The notes under the pieces are model-generated. The model ran no database searches. It was not told the origin of the DNA and saw nothing but the letters and a program-made list of their open reading frames with translations. A DNA stretch of 64,000 nucleotides, taken from Octopus sinensis (lineage: Eukaryota). This document shows, piece by piece, positions 38,683 to 50,620 of the stretch (the first letter of the stretch is position 1; each line of letters opens with the position of its first letter). The position numbers were made by a program, and so were the translations under genes. Location of the stretch: assembly GCF_006345805.1 (NCBI RefSeq), contig NW_021833081.1, forward strand, positions 1 through 64,000, read 5' to 3'.

Positions 38683-39143
38683 CCTATATATCTATCTGTC
38701 TATCTATCAATCTATCTCTCTCTCCCTATCTATCTCTATCTCTCTCTCTATCTTTCCTGCTTTACGCATTCATACGTACACATTCACACGCATACACATA
38801 CATACACATACACATATATATACACGCACATATATATATACACACAGATATATATATATATATGTATGTATGTAAGTATGTATTATGGATGGATGGGTGT
38901 GTGTACGTACGCACACTACTGAAGTGTTTGCGTGTTGAATCAGGCTTCGTGATTATTCTTGAGGAAACAGCCTGAGTATATTATGTCTTTGTGTCTAAGT
39001 AGTTCAGAGGAGCAGAAGCAGTTGTAGTAGAGGCAGAACAAGCAGCGTGAGGATACGATAAACGTGTGAGTTTTTTGCCTGGCGTGCGAACGAGTCTGCA
39101 GGCTCACCGCCTTAATCCAAAGAAATATTAATATTTTTTTTAT

Positions 39144-39308
39144 GGGCGCAAGCATGACCCTGTAGTAAGAAGGTTGCTTGCCAGCCATATGGCTCCGGGT
39201 TCAGTCCCACTTCGTGATATCTTGGGCAAGTGCCTTCTACCACACCCCCAAGGGAACCAAAGGGTTATGAGTGGAATCGGTAGATGGAAACGTGAAGCAG
39301 CCCGTTGT
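39144..39308 (+). mobile_element. Diverged SINE family A, 5' half
   Basis: GGGCGCA...GGGTTCAGTCCCACTTCGTG...TTGGGCAAGTG...GGTAGATGGAAACGTGAAGCAGCCCGT. Confidence 0.7.
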
Positions 39309-39414
39309 AAATGCATACATACATACATACATACATACATACATACATACATACATACATACATACATACGTACGTACGTACGCACGTACGTATACATGC
39401 ATGCATACAGTATA

Positions 39415-39735
39415 GCTGTCCACTCGTGACCGAAAAAGACCATCAATGACCATTAAGTGATTCTGCTAGTGACTAATGAGTGAAGCTTTTGATTGACATA
39501 TACGTCCGCAAATATTGCAGACCAAGCTTCCTCGCCGTTCAATCATTCACTGGTGTTGCGTTTTCGAGCATCTCACTTAAGGTCATTATGGAAAATGCAT
39601 GTTTCTTCAAAAAATCAATTCCTTCCTTTCCTTGTTTCTTCCCATTGGTGGCGATGACAAGCATCGCTTTCCCATCTGTCCTGCCAACTCTCACAAGCAT
39701 TCAACGAGGACAATTCACAATCCTTAAGCTGTACA
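39415..39735 (-). mobile_element. RTE-like LINE 3' end with C2H2 finger
   Basis: Minus strand LKDCEL...W...; VCNICGRICQSKASLISH*QNH; 3' end GGTCTTTTTCGGTCACGAGTGGACAGC. Confidence 0.6.
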
Positions 39736-39959
39736 TACATACATGCATACATACATACGTGTGTATGTACATATGAACCTCGGAACTGTCTGCATTCAAT
39801 AAAACAGTGGCCTACAATGTGTTTGCAGCGCCTTAGCCACTCATAATAATAAGGAGTGCTGGTGGAATGTGCCGCTGAATACCTCAATAAAAAATGAACC
39901 TAATAGACCTGACATAGTGATTTGAGATAGGGAATAAAAGCTGTGTGCAGTTGTGGAAA

Positions 39960-40419
39960 TAAGGCATAGGGTCTTCAAGCATTCACCCTCTTGACCCATG
40001 GGAGCACTAACTCCTTCAGGCACTTGATATAGGCCCCCATATTGAATCTGAGGTCGTGTGGGAAGATGAATGGAGACATAACGTCACCATTACTAATGAT
40101 CACTCCAAATGCCATGATGTAGACTGGATGTTTGATTATTGTTGCTATCGGCACATGTTTTGGGGGCACGGTAAGCCAACGGTTGTTCTGTGTGTTCACC
40201 ATCTGTTCATATTGGAGATTCTGGCGCGAATGCCAAGGAGTAGAGCAGGTCGTTTCCAAATTTCTGCCAGAGAGAATTGCGTCATGGGTGCTGTTTTTCA
40301 CACTGACTGTACCCAACTGACCCTTCTAAGTTGTGCAGTCGACAAAATCAAAAAGAAACAATGCGCATGTGCGGAATTAAAAGATATGAAACGGCAACGG
40401 TTTACCTATCTCACACTGT
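39960..40419 (-). mobile_element. Internally deleted Tc1/mariner-superfamily DNA transposon
   Basis: 5' end CAGTGTGAGATAGGT; N-terminus MTQFSLAEIWKRPALLLGIRA fused to QMVNTQNNRWL...KHPVYIMAFGVIISNGDVMSPFIFPHDLRFNMGAYIKCLKELVLPWVKRV, then RPY. Confidence 0.8.
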
Positions 40420-40526
40420 GTGTGTATATATATGTGTATATATATGCATGTATTGTGTGTATGTTGTATGTATGTATGTATGTATGTGTATAATATATAT
40501 ATATATATTATATATATAAATATAAA

Positions 40527-40568
<42 letters not shown>

Positions 40569-40907
40569 TATATATAATATATATGCATGTATGTATCTGT
40601 AAGCATGAATACTTCCACACGTATATGGCTATGAATGATTGTGCGTGTGCACAAGCGCGCGGACGTAGTGTATGTGCGTGTGAGCAGGTGCGCGCTTGTT
40701 CGTATGTGCATACAAACACGCGTGGAAGTAAGAACACACACATGTCTCAGAGGTCATCCAGGTCGTTGTACAGAATTCCAACCTGAAACCAATCTTGGGG
40801 ACGACAACCACTCACTACCGTCCGACGAATGAGTTACTCGGAGTAACGACCTCAATATTATCAATCGAATATATGAATACAATTTGTCCTTCCCGCCGCC
40901 ATATATC

Positions 40908-40999
<92 letters not shown>

Positions 41000-41118
41000 A
41001 TGTATCTATTTATATATTATATATATATATGTTGTATCTATTTCTATATTTATATACTATGTGTGCATATATATATATTGTCTCTAATTTAATATAATAT
41101 ATATATATTATATATATA

Positions 41119-41156
<38 letters not shown>

Positions 41157-41674
41157 GTATGTGCATATCTATCTCTATATAAATTATATATATACATACA
41201 TACAATATATGTCCATATATATATATATAGATGTCCATACATACGCACATACATATATAAATTTTTGCCTTATGAAAATGATAATAAAACAAAGTACAAG
41301 AAGAATAAGAATATTCATCAAATTAATAATTTACGTGTGTTTATGTATATACGTGTGTATAGTAAAAGAGACATGAATTGATGGGTGTATATACTGAAAT
41401 TGAAAAGCTTGACAAATCAGATTAGAGAAATGATTGACAGTTTCAGATTAGGTAACAAGAATTTTCTTGTCTGACAAGATGGCTGGCCTGGCTGCAGACG
41501 ACGTCTGCACACGCTGCCCCTGACACACACACAGATACGATAGCGCTCTGTGTACAGTCTGTGTACGGATTTATCTGATGTATTCCTCTCCTCTCACATT
41601 GTCTCTCTCTCTCTCCAAACACACACACATACATGCATATATGTATATGTATGTCATATATGTATATATATATA

Positions 41675-41710
<36 letters not shown>

Positions 41711-41740
41711 GCGAGAAAGAAGCAACAAGAATGGATAGGT

Positions 41741-41831
41741 TTTTAGTACAATCGTTTCATACAAGGACAGGCTTTATTAAAAGTTGCAAAAATTACAGCA
41801 TATAAACGTGTCCCGTACTCATCAGCTAAAA
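41741..41831 (-). ncRNA. Type-I hammerhead ribozyme with intact catalytic core
   Basis: TTTTAG-CTGATGA-GTACGGGACA[39 nt]TGTCCTTGTAT-GAAAC gatt GTA-CTAAAA. Stem I 6 bp perfect; stem II ~10 bp; stem III ACGATTGT self-complementary with wobbles; GUA cleavage site between 41747 and 41746. Confidence 0.8.
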
Positions 41832-41836
41832 TACAT

Positions 41837-42169
41837 GTGAGTACCATATCCACGGAGAATAACAAATATTTTTACAGTGGATGTACAATTAATTTTCTAG
41901 CCAGAGTTAGAAATCACATCTCGTCTTTTAAATTACGTCATAAAGCTGGTACCACCACACTTTCAAACAAAATCTGGGAACTCAAAAATAATAATAATAA
42001 TTATAACCTTAATTGGGAAATAGTTAGGAGAGCAATTCCGTATAAAAATAGTAGGGTTGGTTGCCAACTATGCTCCATGGAGACGTATGAAATTCTAAAG
42101 CATAGAAAACATAGAAACTTATTGAATAACCATATCGAACTAGGTCAAGTTGTGTCCACGCTAAATTGA
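41837..42169 (+). pseudogene. Truncated Penelope GIY-YIG endonuclease coding remnant
   Basis: KYFYSGCTINFLARVRNHISSF...TTTLSNKIWELK...YNLNWEIVRRAIPY...CQLCSMETYEIL...LLNNHIEL matches PLE GIY-YIG motifs. The 5' part and the RT are missing; the start GTG lies at the inversion junction. Confidence 0.85.
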
Positions 42170-43632
42170 AGACTTTAAAATATTTTAAATGATTAGAATA
42201 TTCGTAACTAGATAGATAGATAGATATAACTTGATTTTTACTAGTATAGCACTGCTTTAAGTAGATAACTAAGAGTTCTCACACTACAGTTATCTTTTTC
42301 CTTATATCTGCATCAGTTTTTTGAGAACAGGGAAATGAATAGTACTTATACGCTGCTTAATTGAGGCTTTATTTAATTTCAAACTCATAATTTTAAATCT
42401 AATTGTAATTTTTAATTTTAATTCTTAACTTAATCTAATTTAAGTAGCATAACTTTAATAAAATAAAATGAGTTACTAAAGCCCCATAATTCTATTTCAA
42501 AATTAAATAAATAAGGCTACTCCCTCGGTGATAATATGATTATCTTCATTATGATAGACAATTCCCTAACACCTTGTAAATGATCTTCTAAGATTTGACC
42601 TGTAGTCCGTCAATGTATGAATAATAACGGCAACTCCTTAAGACAATAAAATGAATAAATTAAATAAATAAATTTTAATGACTTTTTGATAAGATTATGC
42701 TTAGATTTTCCTAATGGATTTTCTTTTGATTTTAGCCTCTGACCCCTAAACCCCTGACCGTGTTATCTCTTTAGATTCTCTTTAAATTCATAGCTGATTT
42801 CAACAGCAATAAATTAGCTGTTTTACTGGTCAAAGAATAATATTCTCCTCTAGTTCCTAGATGCCTGTAAATTAAAACCAGATTTGCCGTCTACTAATTC
42901 TTCTGTATAACTAGAACCCTCTTTTTTTCTTTTTCTTTTTTTTCCCTTCTTTCCCTATTTCTTTCTCTTTTCTCTTTTTTCTTTTTCTTCTTCTTATTCT
43001 CTTTTTCCTTTTCTCTTCTCTTTTAGTCCCCCCCTTTTTGCTCCCTCCTCCTTTATTTTCTCTCTTTTCTTCTCTTCCCTTCCCTTTTCTGTTCTTTGCC
43101 TCTCTAGAAAGCCCTTCAGCCTTTAAAAGTTAAATAGCTACAGCCTCTTGTAAATAGCAGTAATGTGATTAATGTGGCAAATACCTAATCATATAACAAG
43201 AATTGATACCTACCTCATTGTGTTCAACCATTGATAAATTTATCGCCTGTGAATATGAAATTCCTCTTCATTTCTCTGGAAATTTACATCTACACCATTG
43301 GAAATTGTGCATCTATACAAAGGATTAATTCACCCTCTCTGTAATGCTAATAAGCAGGAATTGAGACCCACCTCGTTGTGATTAACAATGGATAAATTTG
43401 TCGTCTGTGAGTATGTAATCCCTCCTCATATCTCTGGAAATTCATATGTGCACTATGGATTAGGTCACCTTCTCTGTGATGCTATTAAAACTTTTTTAAA
43501 ATTCTGTGATAAGACTGTACATCATCTTTAAAGAACTTTAATGAACTTTGGAAATCTGTTTATGTTACTTAATTATCTACATTACTTCATGAGTATAGCC
43601 TCAACCACTAGGATGTCTAGAGAACTCACATG

Positions 43633-43723
43633 TTTTAGGTGATGAGTACGGGACACGTTTATATGCTGTAATTTTTGCAACTTTTAATAAAGCCTGTCCT
43701 TGTATGAAACGATTGTACTAAAA
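43633..43723 (+). ncRNA. Hammerhead copy in the 3' pLTR with C3G core substitution
   Basis: Identical to the 41741-41831 motif except GTGATGA instead of CTGATGA. Confidence 0.7.
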
Positions 43724-43875
43724 ACCTATCCATTCTTGTTGCTTCTTTCTCGCTTATAATCACCCCACATTACTGTATTGTTAAAACAGTATAGTTTTTT
43801 TTTGGTGCATCTAAGTTAGGTACCATATTCAAGTAAATTCATTTAAATTAACTTGAATCTTTATTGCTTTTTATA

Positions 43876-43912
<37 letters not shown>

Positions 43913-44094
43913 GTGTGTGTCCGTGTCTGCGTCTGTGTATATACAAATGTGTATGCATACATATATGTAATTTTGAAGTTATTGGCAGTAACTTCGAAGT
44001 GTCTCGAGGTGTTCGACTCGTTAGAGTACCCAGTGGACATATGCATGCATTCACCCATATACATGCACTCATTTATACACACACACACACACAC

Positions 44095-44129
<35 letters not shown>

Positions 44130-44165
44130 TTTCATAGATATGTGTGTTTTAGATGTTTGTATATG

Positions 44166-44213
<48 letters not shown>

Positions 44214-45066
44214 TATACTAAAGTTATATATACATAGATGAGTGTTTATTTGTGCTAATGTGTCTGCACATACATATATACACCAAAGTGAATGAAGTTT
44301 GATGAGCCTGTATATGCGCGTTTGTATTACACACACACGCACACACACACACGCACACACACACACGCACATACATGTATACACACATGCATACACACAT
44401 GCATACATACACATATATGTATATGTATATTAGCGTATATATATATACATACTACACACACACATATATATATATATGTATGTGTATAAACGCACACAAT
44501 CTATAATATATACATATTAATGTACATCGTTAGATGTGAATATGTTAAGATCGATAAATTCTAGATATCATAAAAGACGTAATTCTTTATCTAAAATTAT
44601 GAATAAGTCTGTAACGAAACATTAGATATTGACTTCCATATAAACAGTCTGACCGAGAAATCACGTGTTGTGCTCGTGGCTTCAACGAAGCTGATGAGAC
44701 CTAACAAGTTCCAAAACCGCTATCTTTTGCTTCACAGATCAGATGCAGTTCTGCCTAAGGCACAGATCTTTAAAGTTAGTTCGTGAAAGGCCAGAAATAT
44801 AATCTGTTTCTGATGTTAATTAATGCTTACGCATGCTCTCTGCTGCCTCACGTATTTTCTTTGGTGCACACTGATGGCTAAAAATAAGCCGCCACCGTTT
44901 GATAGCTTCGGCATGTTTTACATATCGGTTAACGCTGCACAACGATTCCAGAAAGACCAGTGATTGCTATTTCCCACCTATGTAGCCGGACTTTTTATAC
45001 ACACACGCACACGCACACGCACATACACACACACACACACCATGCACACACACACGCACGCACACA

Positions 45067-45330
45067 CATTCCGGTTCGGAATTTCTGGAACCACAGTTGA
45101 CACTGGCTTACGCTTATTATCAAATCCCCATACACTGCATTAATATTCCTCGCAGTTTCCGTTGTGTTGTTGCCTTTATTGAACTCATAAAGCAAAATAT
45201 ACCAAATATGTCCCTTTGTCACTTCCATTATAGCTTTGAAAAAATAACTGTTAAAATTGAACTGTACTCTTCAAAACTTTTCACTAAGAATAAGAAGAGT
45301 GTAACATTACTATCTACTTTCATAGCAAGT
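45067..45330 (-). mobile_element. Mariner transposase N-terminal fragment
   Basis: MEVTKGHIWYILLYEFNKGNNTTETARNINAVYGDLIISVSQCQLWFQKFRTG (mariner helix-turn-helix), cut by a (TG)n repeat. Confidence 0.85.
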
Positions 45331-45496
45331 TGATGCAGGTGGTTTATCCTGCCCCCCTCCGACTTTTAGTTCATGCAATTGAAAAGACCTTCTTTTACTT
45401 GTTTCAATTCAGTCAGTCAATCAATCAATCAATCAATCAATCAACCAATCAATCAGGCAATCAATCAATCAATCGATTAATCAATCTATCTCTCCA

Positions 45497-45549
<53 letters not shown>

Positions 45550-45905
45550 ATCTCTCTATCTATCAATCTGTTTGTGTGTCTGCCTGCCTGTCTGTCTGTG
45601 TGTCTGTCTATGTAAAGCCAATATATATTCAAAAGACAGAAAATAAATAACAAAGTTTCACAAATATGGTATTAGCACACGCGCGCGCGCATTTATTTAT
45701 GTGTGTGCCTATATTTTTATATATATCTATGTTAGATATGTATAATATATAAATTTGTTTACATGTATGTATGTATGTATATATATATATATATATATGC
45801 GTGTGAATGTGTGTGAGCGTGTGTGTGTGTGTGTATACATACACATTCATATGCACATACATATATACATATATATCTATATTCCTCTCTCCATGTGTCT
45901 ATCTG

Positions 45906-45936
<31 letters not shown>

Positions 45937-46468
45937 GTACACACACATAGATTTGTCCGTACGTTCAGCTTCCGGAATCAGTTCAGCCTCTCCCCGCCTC
46001 CTGCACCAATGTAAACACACCTAAACAGATTAATGTGTGTGTGTGTGTATATGTGAGTATATGTAAGTGTGAACACCAGAACACGTGACTGTTATGTATG
46101 CAAACGTGATTGTGTGCGCATGTGCAACTGTTGGTGTGCGTGCGTGTGTATACGAGCGAACAGGCGATGCTACATGCCTGTTTGCTAGGACAAGCCGTAT
46201 ATATTTTTGATTATTTTTCACGCGCAGCCCAGCCCAGGAATAACAGTTATGGCGGCCGCACGTATTTATCGCCCTCTGGAGTATCATATCTCTCAATGAA
46301 ATTAGATCGTCTCTATAAAAATAGCCAATACACCGGAGACATATACGAGCACGTCTCTGACCTTCACAACAATGATGTGGCTGGAGCGGTGTTGGGGGCT
46401 GTCTGTGTGTATGCTCGTACACGTGTATGTATACGTATGTATGTATGTATACGTATGTATGTATGTGC

Positions 46469-46520
<52 letters not shown>

Positions 46521-46818
46521 TTTATCTCACCCACTCTCTCTCTCTCTGTCTCTCTCTCGCTCTTATGTTTATCTATCTCTCTCTATCTATCTGTATGTGT
46601 GTATGTAAATGAGTATGTCTGTGTATGTAGGTGTGTACTTGATGTGTGTGGGTGTTTATGTGCATAAGTGTACATGTGTGTCTGAGCATGCGCACTTGTA
46701 TTAATAGTGACAAAGGGAATGAGAGTGGTTTCTCTTCGTATGTTTACTTGTATCTGTGTGTATGTAAGTATATATGTGCATATTTATACACATATATATT
46801 ACATATATGAAATATAAA

Positions 46819-46855
<37 letters not shown>

Positions 46856-47798
46856 ATATAATATATATATATATATAAATATAGTAGCGAAGGGGCCAAA
46901 TGTGTGCGTATATGTGTGTATATTGTGAGAAGATTAAAGATAACGGAACATGATAGTGAGAGGCGTTAGACAAATTGATTGTAATATAGATTGTTAGGTA
47001 GACACATTAAGAGAGAACTAAGGCGATAAATATAGACAGACAGAAAACGCTAGGGAGCACAAGAATAATGATAGATAGGAAGACATATTCATACACACAC
47101 ACACAAACACACACACACACACATACATTAATGCGTATAGATGCATTGTTAGTTCATGTAGAGCGATGCTGGCAGATTCATCTATAGGCAAAGCGGGTGA
47201 AAGGTAAATTTTGCAAAGTTTGCTGTTATGCAAGACATTGGCCTTGTGATCCTTAAGAGTAACGTATGGTAAGAGCAGTCTATTCTTAGTTGGAAACAAA
47301 TTTTTTCGACGTGCTTTTGGCGTATTATGCGATGGGTTTGTTCTTTTATGTTTTTCTGATGTGTGTTCTGGTATCAGATGTTCAGATCACAGCGACATAT
47401 TTTGACTGATCAGAACCAGTGCCCAATGTTTGCCACCGGTGGACGTTCTTGGAAAATTCCCAAATATTCCACACGTCAGAATTCATAAGAATCGGTTTTA
47501 TTTAGATCCTGTCCAATCCAGTCTCACAATGTTGTGTTTCTTGAATATGGTTATCTGCGTCACTGTTGCTATGCAACCTGTAAAAATATCTGATCACATG
47601 ATCAGTCTCAACCAAAGAAAAATGACCTCCCCTTCTGCCACCTTTCTACTCTACCTATAAAATTGTCAAGAAGGGTCACACCCGTACACCTCGCGGTTAT
47701 ATTTTTTGTAAACTCTGTGGAACAGAGGATCGAATATCTTATTGTTTTGCAACAAGCATTAACTAAATTTCATGTGTTGAGTCTAATTCTCTCTCGTT

Positions 47799-47842
<44 letters not shown>

Positions 47843-48386
47843 CTACCCTTTAAATCAGCTGGCGTGTGATCGGATTTACTGCTTATAAACACAGTTTTCT
47901 CAGAGAAGACAACGTGGCACTGATGTAACGATGTTGAGTGTTTAGCCTGAATTTGATTCTGCGTCCGGAGCTGTTGCACATCAGCAGATAGATTTTGCGC
48001 TTTCTGCACATATACCTCGGATCACTAATTCAAATTCGTTTCGGGTTGACTTGGGTATTCGGTACGGATCAGCTGAAATAACGACGAAATATCGATATCC
48101 ACAGTCTTCAGTGCTTTATAACACTCCACGTCTTAAAGGGACGTTAACCTGGATGAATCCCGCAGTTGATAAACACATAAACAGAAACCTACATTGGCAT
48201 CGGTAATGTTTTAAATTCATTTTAGCTCTACAGGTATCGCGCTTTTCCTTTTATCTGTGGCTAACCTTTACACCGAAATACTGGCTCAATACCTAGTAAA
48301 ATGGGGGTGAGGAATGAATTTCGTTAAACTAATAGGTATATATATAACCATATAGTTTATATTCATTTAAAAGGGAAAAAAAGGAA

Positions 48387-48767
48387 ATTGGGAAGTTAAT
48401 AATTGTTTATTATTAACAGCAAATTAGTCATCTTCACTTACAGCCGTTTCTGTTATTACTCAATAAATATTAAATTTACATTTATGCAACATCAACATAA
48501 TATCCACAGAGTTAAAGTTGTACGTTTGGATGCTGTATGTGTGTTTCTGAATTCATTTTAGCAGTGTTTGTTATTTCATTTTATCAGTTTGCTAAAATGA
48601 ATTCACAAACACACATACAGCATCAAAGCTACATCTTTTTACCCCTGATGATATTATGCTCATGTCGCATAAATGTAAATTTAATGTTTATTGAGTAATA
48701 ATAGAAACGGCTGTAAGTGAAGCTGACCAATTTGCTGTTAATAATAAACGATTATTAACTTCCCAAT
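48387..48767. repeat. ~380-bp foldback palindrome (MITE-like)
   Basis: Outer arms 48387-48504 and 48650-48767 differ at 8 of 118 positions; inner arms 48525-48563 and 48590-48627; 26-nt central loop. Confidence 0.9.
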
Positions 48768-48792
48768 CACCATTTTCTTATTTTAAATGAAT

Positions 48793-48794
<2 letters not shown>

Positions 48795-48885
<91 letters not shown>

Positions 48886-49015
48886 TGTGCGTGTGTGTGT
48901 GTGTGTGTGCGTGGTGTGTGTGTGCGTGTGTGTGGTGTGTGTGTGCGTGTGTGTGTGCGTGTGTGTGCGTGTGTATGTGTGTGTGTGTGTGTGTGTGCGT
49001 GTGTTCGCGTGTGTG
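48795..49015. repeat. (TA)n/(TG)n microsatellite
   Basis: Direct reading. Confidence 0.9.
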
Positions 49016-49204
49016 ATATGATATTCCTAATTGTATTTCACTTCTTGGAAATACTAATTCCTTCATAATATGTCTTATGATCCGAGTGTTTTGTATAACC
49101 TGCCGTTTCACCGGCGTTGAACGTGTAGACCGACTATAAACTAAGTTCCAGTCGTGACCGTCACATTTTCTCTATTTATGTAACATTAAAAAGTTCAATG
49201 TGTC

Positions 49205-49395
49205 CTTAGCACACCGGAAAACATGCTTGGCATCCTTAGTTTCGGCTCTTTTCTTTCTGTGTTCAAATCGAAGCCAACTTAGAACTTTTAGAATTTCGGA
49301 GTCGTTAAAATAAATACCAGTTAAGCACTAAGGTCGATGTAATCCACTTGCCCATCCCCTCAAAATTACCGGACTTGTGCCTCAATTAGAAATAC
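49205..49395 (+). mobile_element. Diverged SINE family B
   Basis: TTAGCACACCGG..., GTTCAAATCG, AAATAAATACCAGTTAAGCACT..GGTCGATGTAATC, GACTTGTGCCTCAATTAGAAA. Confidence 0.7.
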
Positions 49396-49769
49396 TAGAT
49401 TATTGTTAATAAACTAGAGTCTTTTTTGATGAATTTCCACTACTTTTTCTAGTATGTTGAGCAATCATACAGAGGCTCTCCCATGGGGAAAATAAATGAA
49501 TTGAAATTTAAATCAATAAATATAATTTATTTTAGACGCTTTTTCCTATCACCTGAGCTTGACTGCTTGTCTGGGTCAGCTTGTCTTTTACATCTCCCTG
49601 GGGTTCATAATATTACTGGTATTATTACATAAGAATTGATTTAATGTGAAGTTCACTTTATCCCCATTCTCTCCAGTAGGTACAGCATTGTGGTTAAGCT
49701 AAGGGCAGCCAAACGATCCCGTCTCAGTTTTATCGAAATACGTCGACTGGAAATATCTAGCAGCTTTCT

Positions 49770-50087
49770 TTTCCTTTCGCCCTTTTCAAGCATAGCCAGG
49801 CTCATGGGCCCGGTTTCCTGGTTTCTGTGGCGTATGTGTTCCCCCCCCCCCAGCTGGACGGGTCGCCAGTCCATCGCAGCGTTACTCAAGAAACAGGAAG
49901 AGAGAGTGAGAGAAAGTTGTGGCGAAAGAGTACAACAGGGGTCACCACCACCCCTGTCAGAGCCTCAAGGAGCTTTTAGGTGTTTTCGCTCAATAAACAC
50001 ACATAACGCCCGGTCTGGGAGTTGAAACCGTGATCCTCCGACCGCATGTCCGCTTACCTGACCACTGGGTCATTGCACCTCCACTAT
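49770..50087 (-). mobile_element. tRNA-derived SINE (family D)
   Basis: Minus head GGAGGTGCAATGACCCAGTGGTCAGG...CACGGTTTCAACTCCC; central CGCTGCGATGGACTGGCGACCCGTCCAG domain; tail GAAACCGGGCCCATGAGCCTGGCTATGCTTGAAAAGGGCG. Confidence 0.75.
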
Positions 50088-50464
50088 CTAGCAGCTTCAC
50101 CCTCTAAAATACATTTATTCATAATTTTGGCACAAGGGGTCAGCTTTCGGATGAAGAAGGGTTTCTGGCGTTTATGACGGCCTTCTCATACTGGAATAGA
50201 ATGGGAAAATGGAAAGAAAATACGAAATAAATTAGAAATTATAATCAACTTTCGTAATGATCAGTTCTCGCAGCTCAAATAGTTTTCTTGTAAAAATCTC
50301 ATGGCATGGTATTTCGTGTCCTTATTATTCCTTGTTGGTACTGTTGACCGGTTTGGGAATGGAAAGAGGGAGAGAGAGAGAATAGTGACTAAATCCATCT
50401 TAGACTTTATTAAATTTCATTCGCACTGCCTGATATGTTGTTGATTTTATCTCAAGAAATATCG

Positions 50465-50620
50465 ATCTTTTGGTCAAACAATTGACTGGGGTGGGTGTGG
50501 CTAGAGTTGAATAATTACACTTCAGTAGTTGACAGGTGATCGATCTGGGAAAATTAGAAGCCAGAGTTGACCGGGTCAGAATTCGGACTCTGAATGCAAA
50601 AGGCTTTGACAAAACACCAC
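50465..50620 (-). mobile_element. Highly diverged SINE family B remnant
   Basis: Reverse-complement pieces GCATTCAGAGTCCGAATTCTGACC...GTCAACT, CAACTACTGAAGTGTAATTATTCAAC. Confidence 0.45.

Larger units (their letters stand above)
41711..43753 (+). mobile_element. 5'-truncated Penelope-like element with inverted partial pseudo-LTR (pLTR) at its 5' end
   Basis: 41711-41842 is the reverse complement of 43624-43753 (114 nt identical). The GIY-YIG C-terminal half follows immediately, then a ~1.45-kb 3' region. Confidence 0.9.

Noticed and set aside
40830-40860. CCGACGA followed by a GTTACT/AGTAAC hairpin
   Set aside because: No GAAA or cleavage-site arm follows.
44680-44720. GCTGATGAGACC...CCAAAACC hammerhead-like string
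   Set aside because: GAAA is missing and the stems are not recoverable; too degraded to call.
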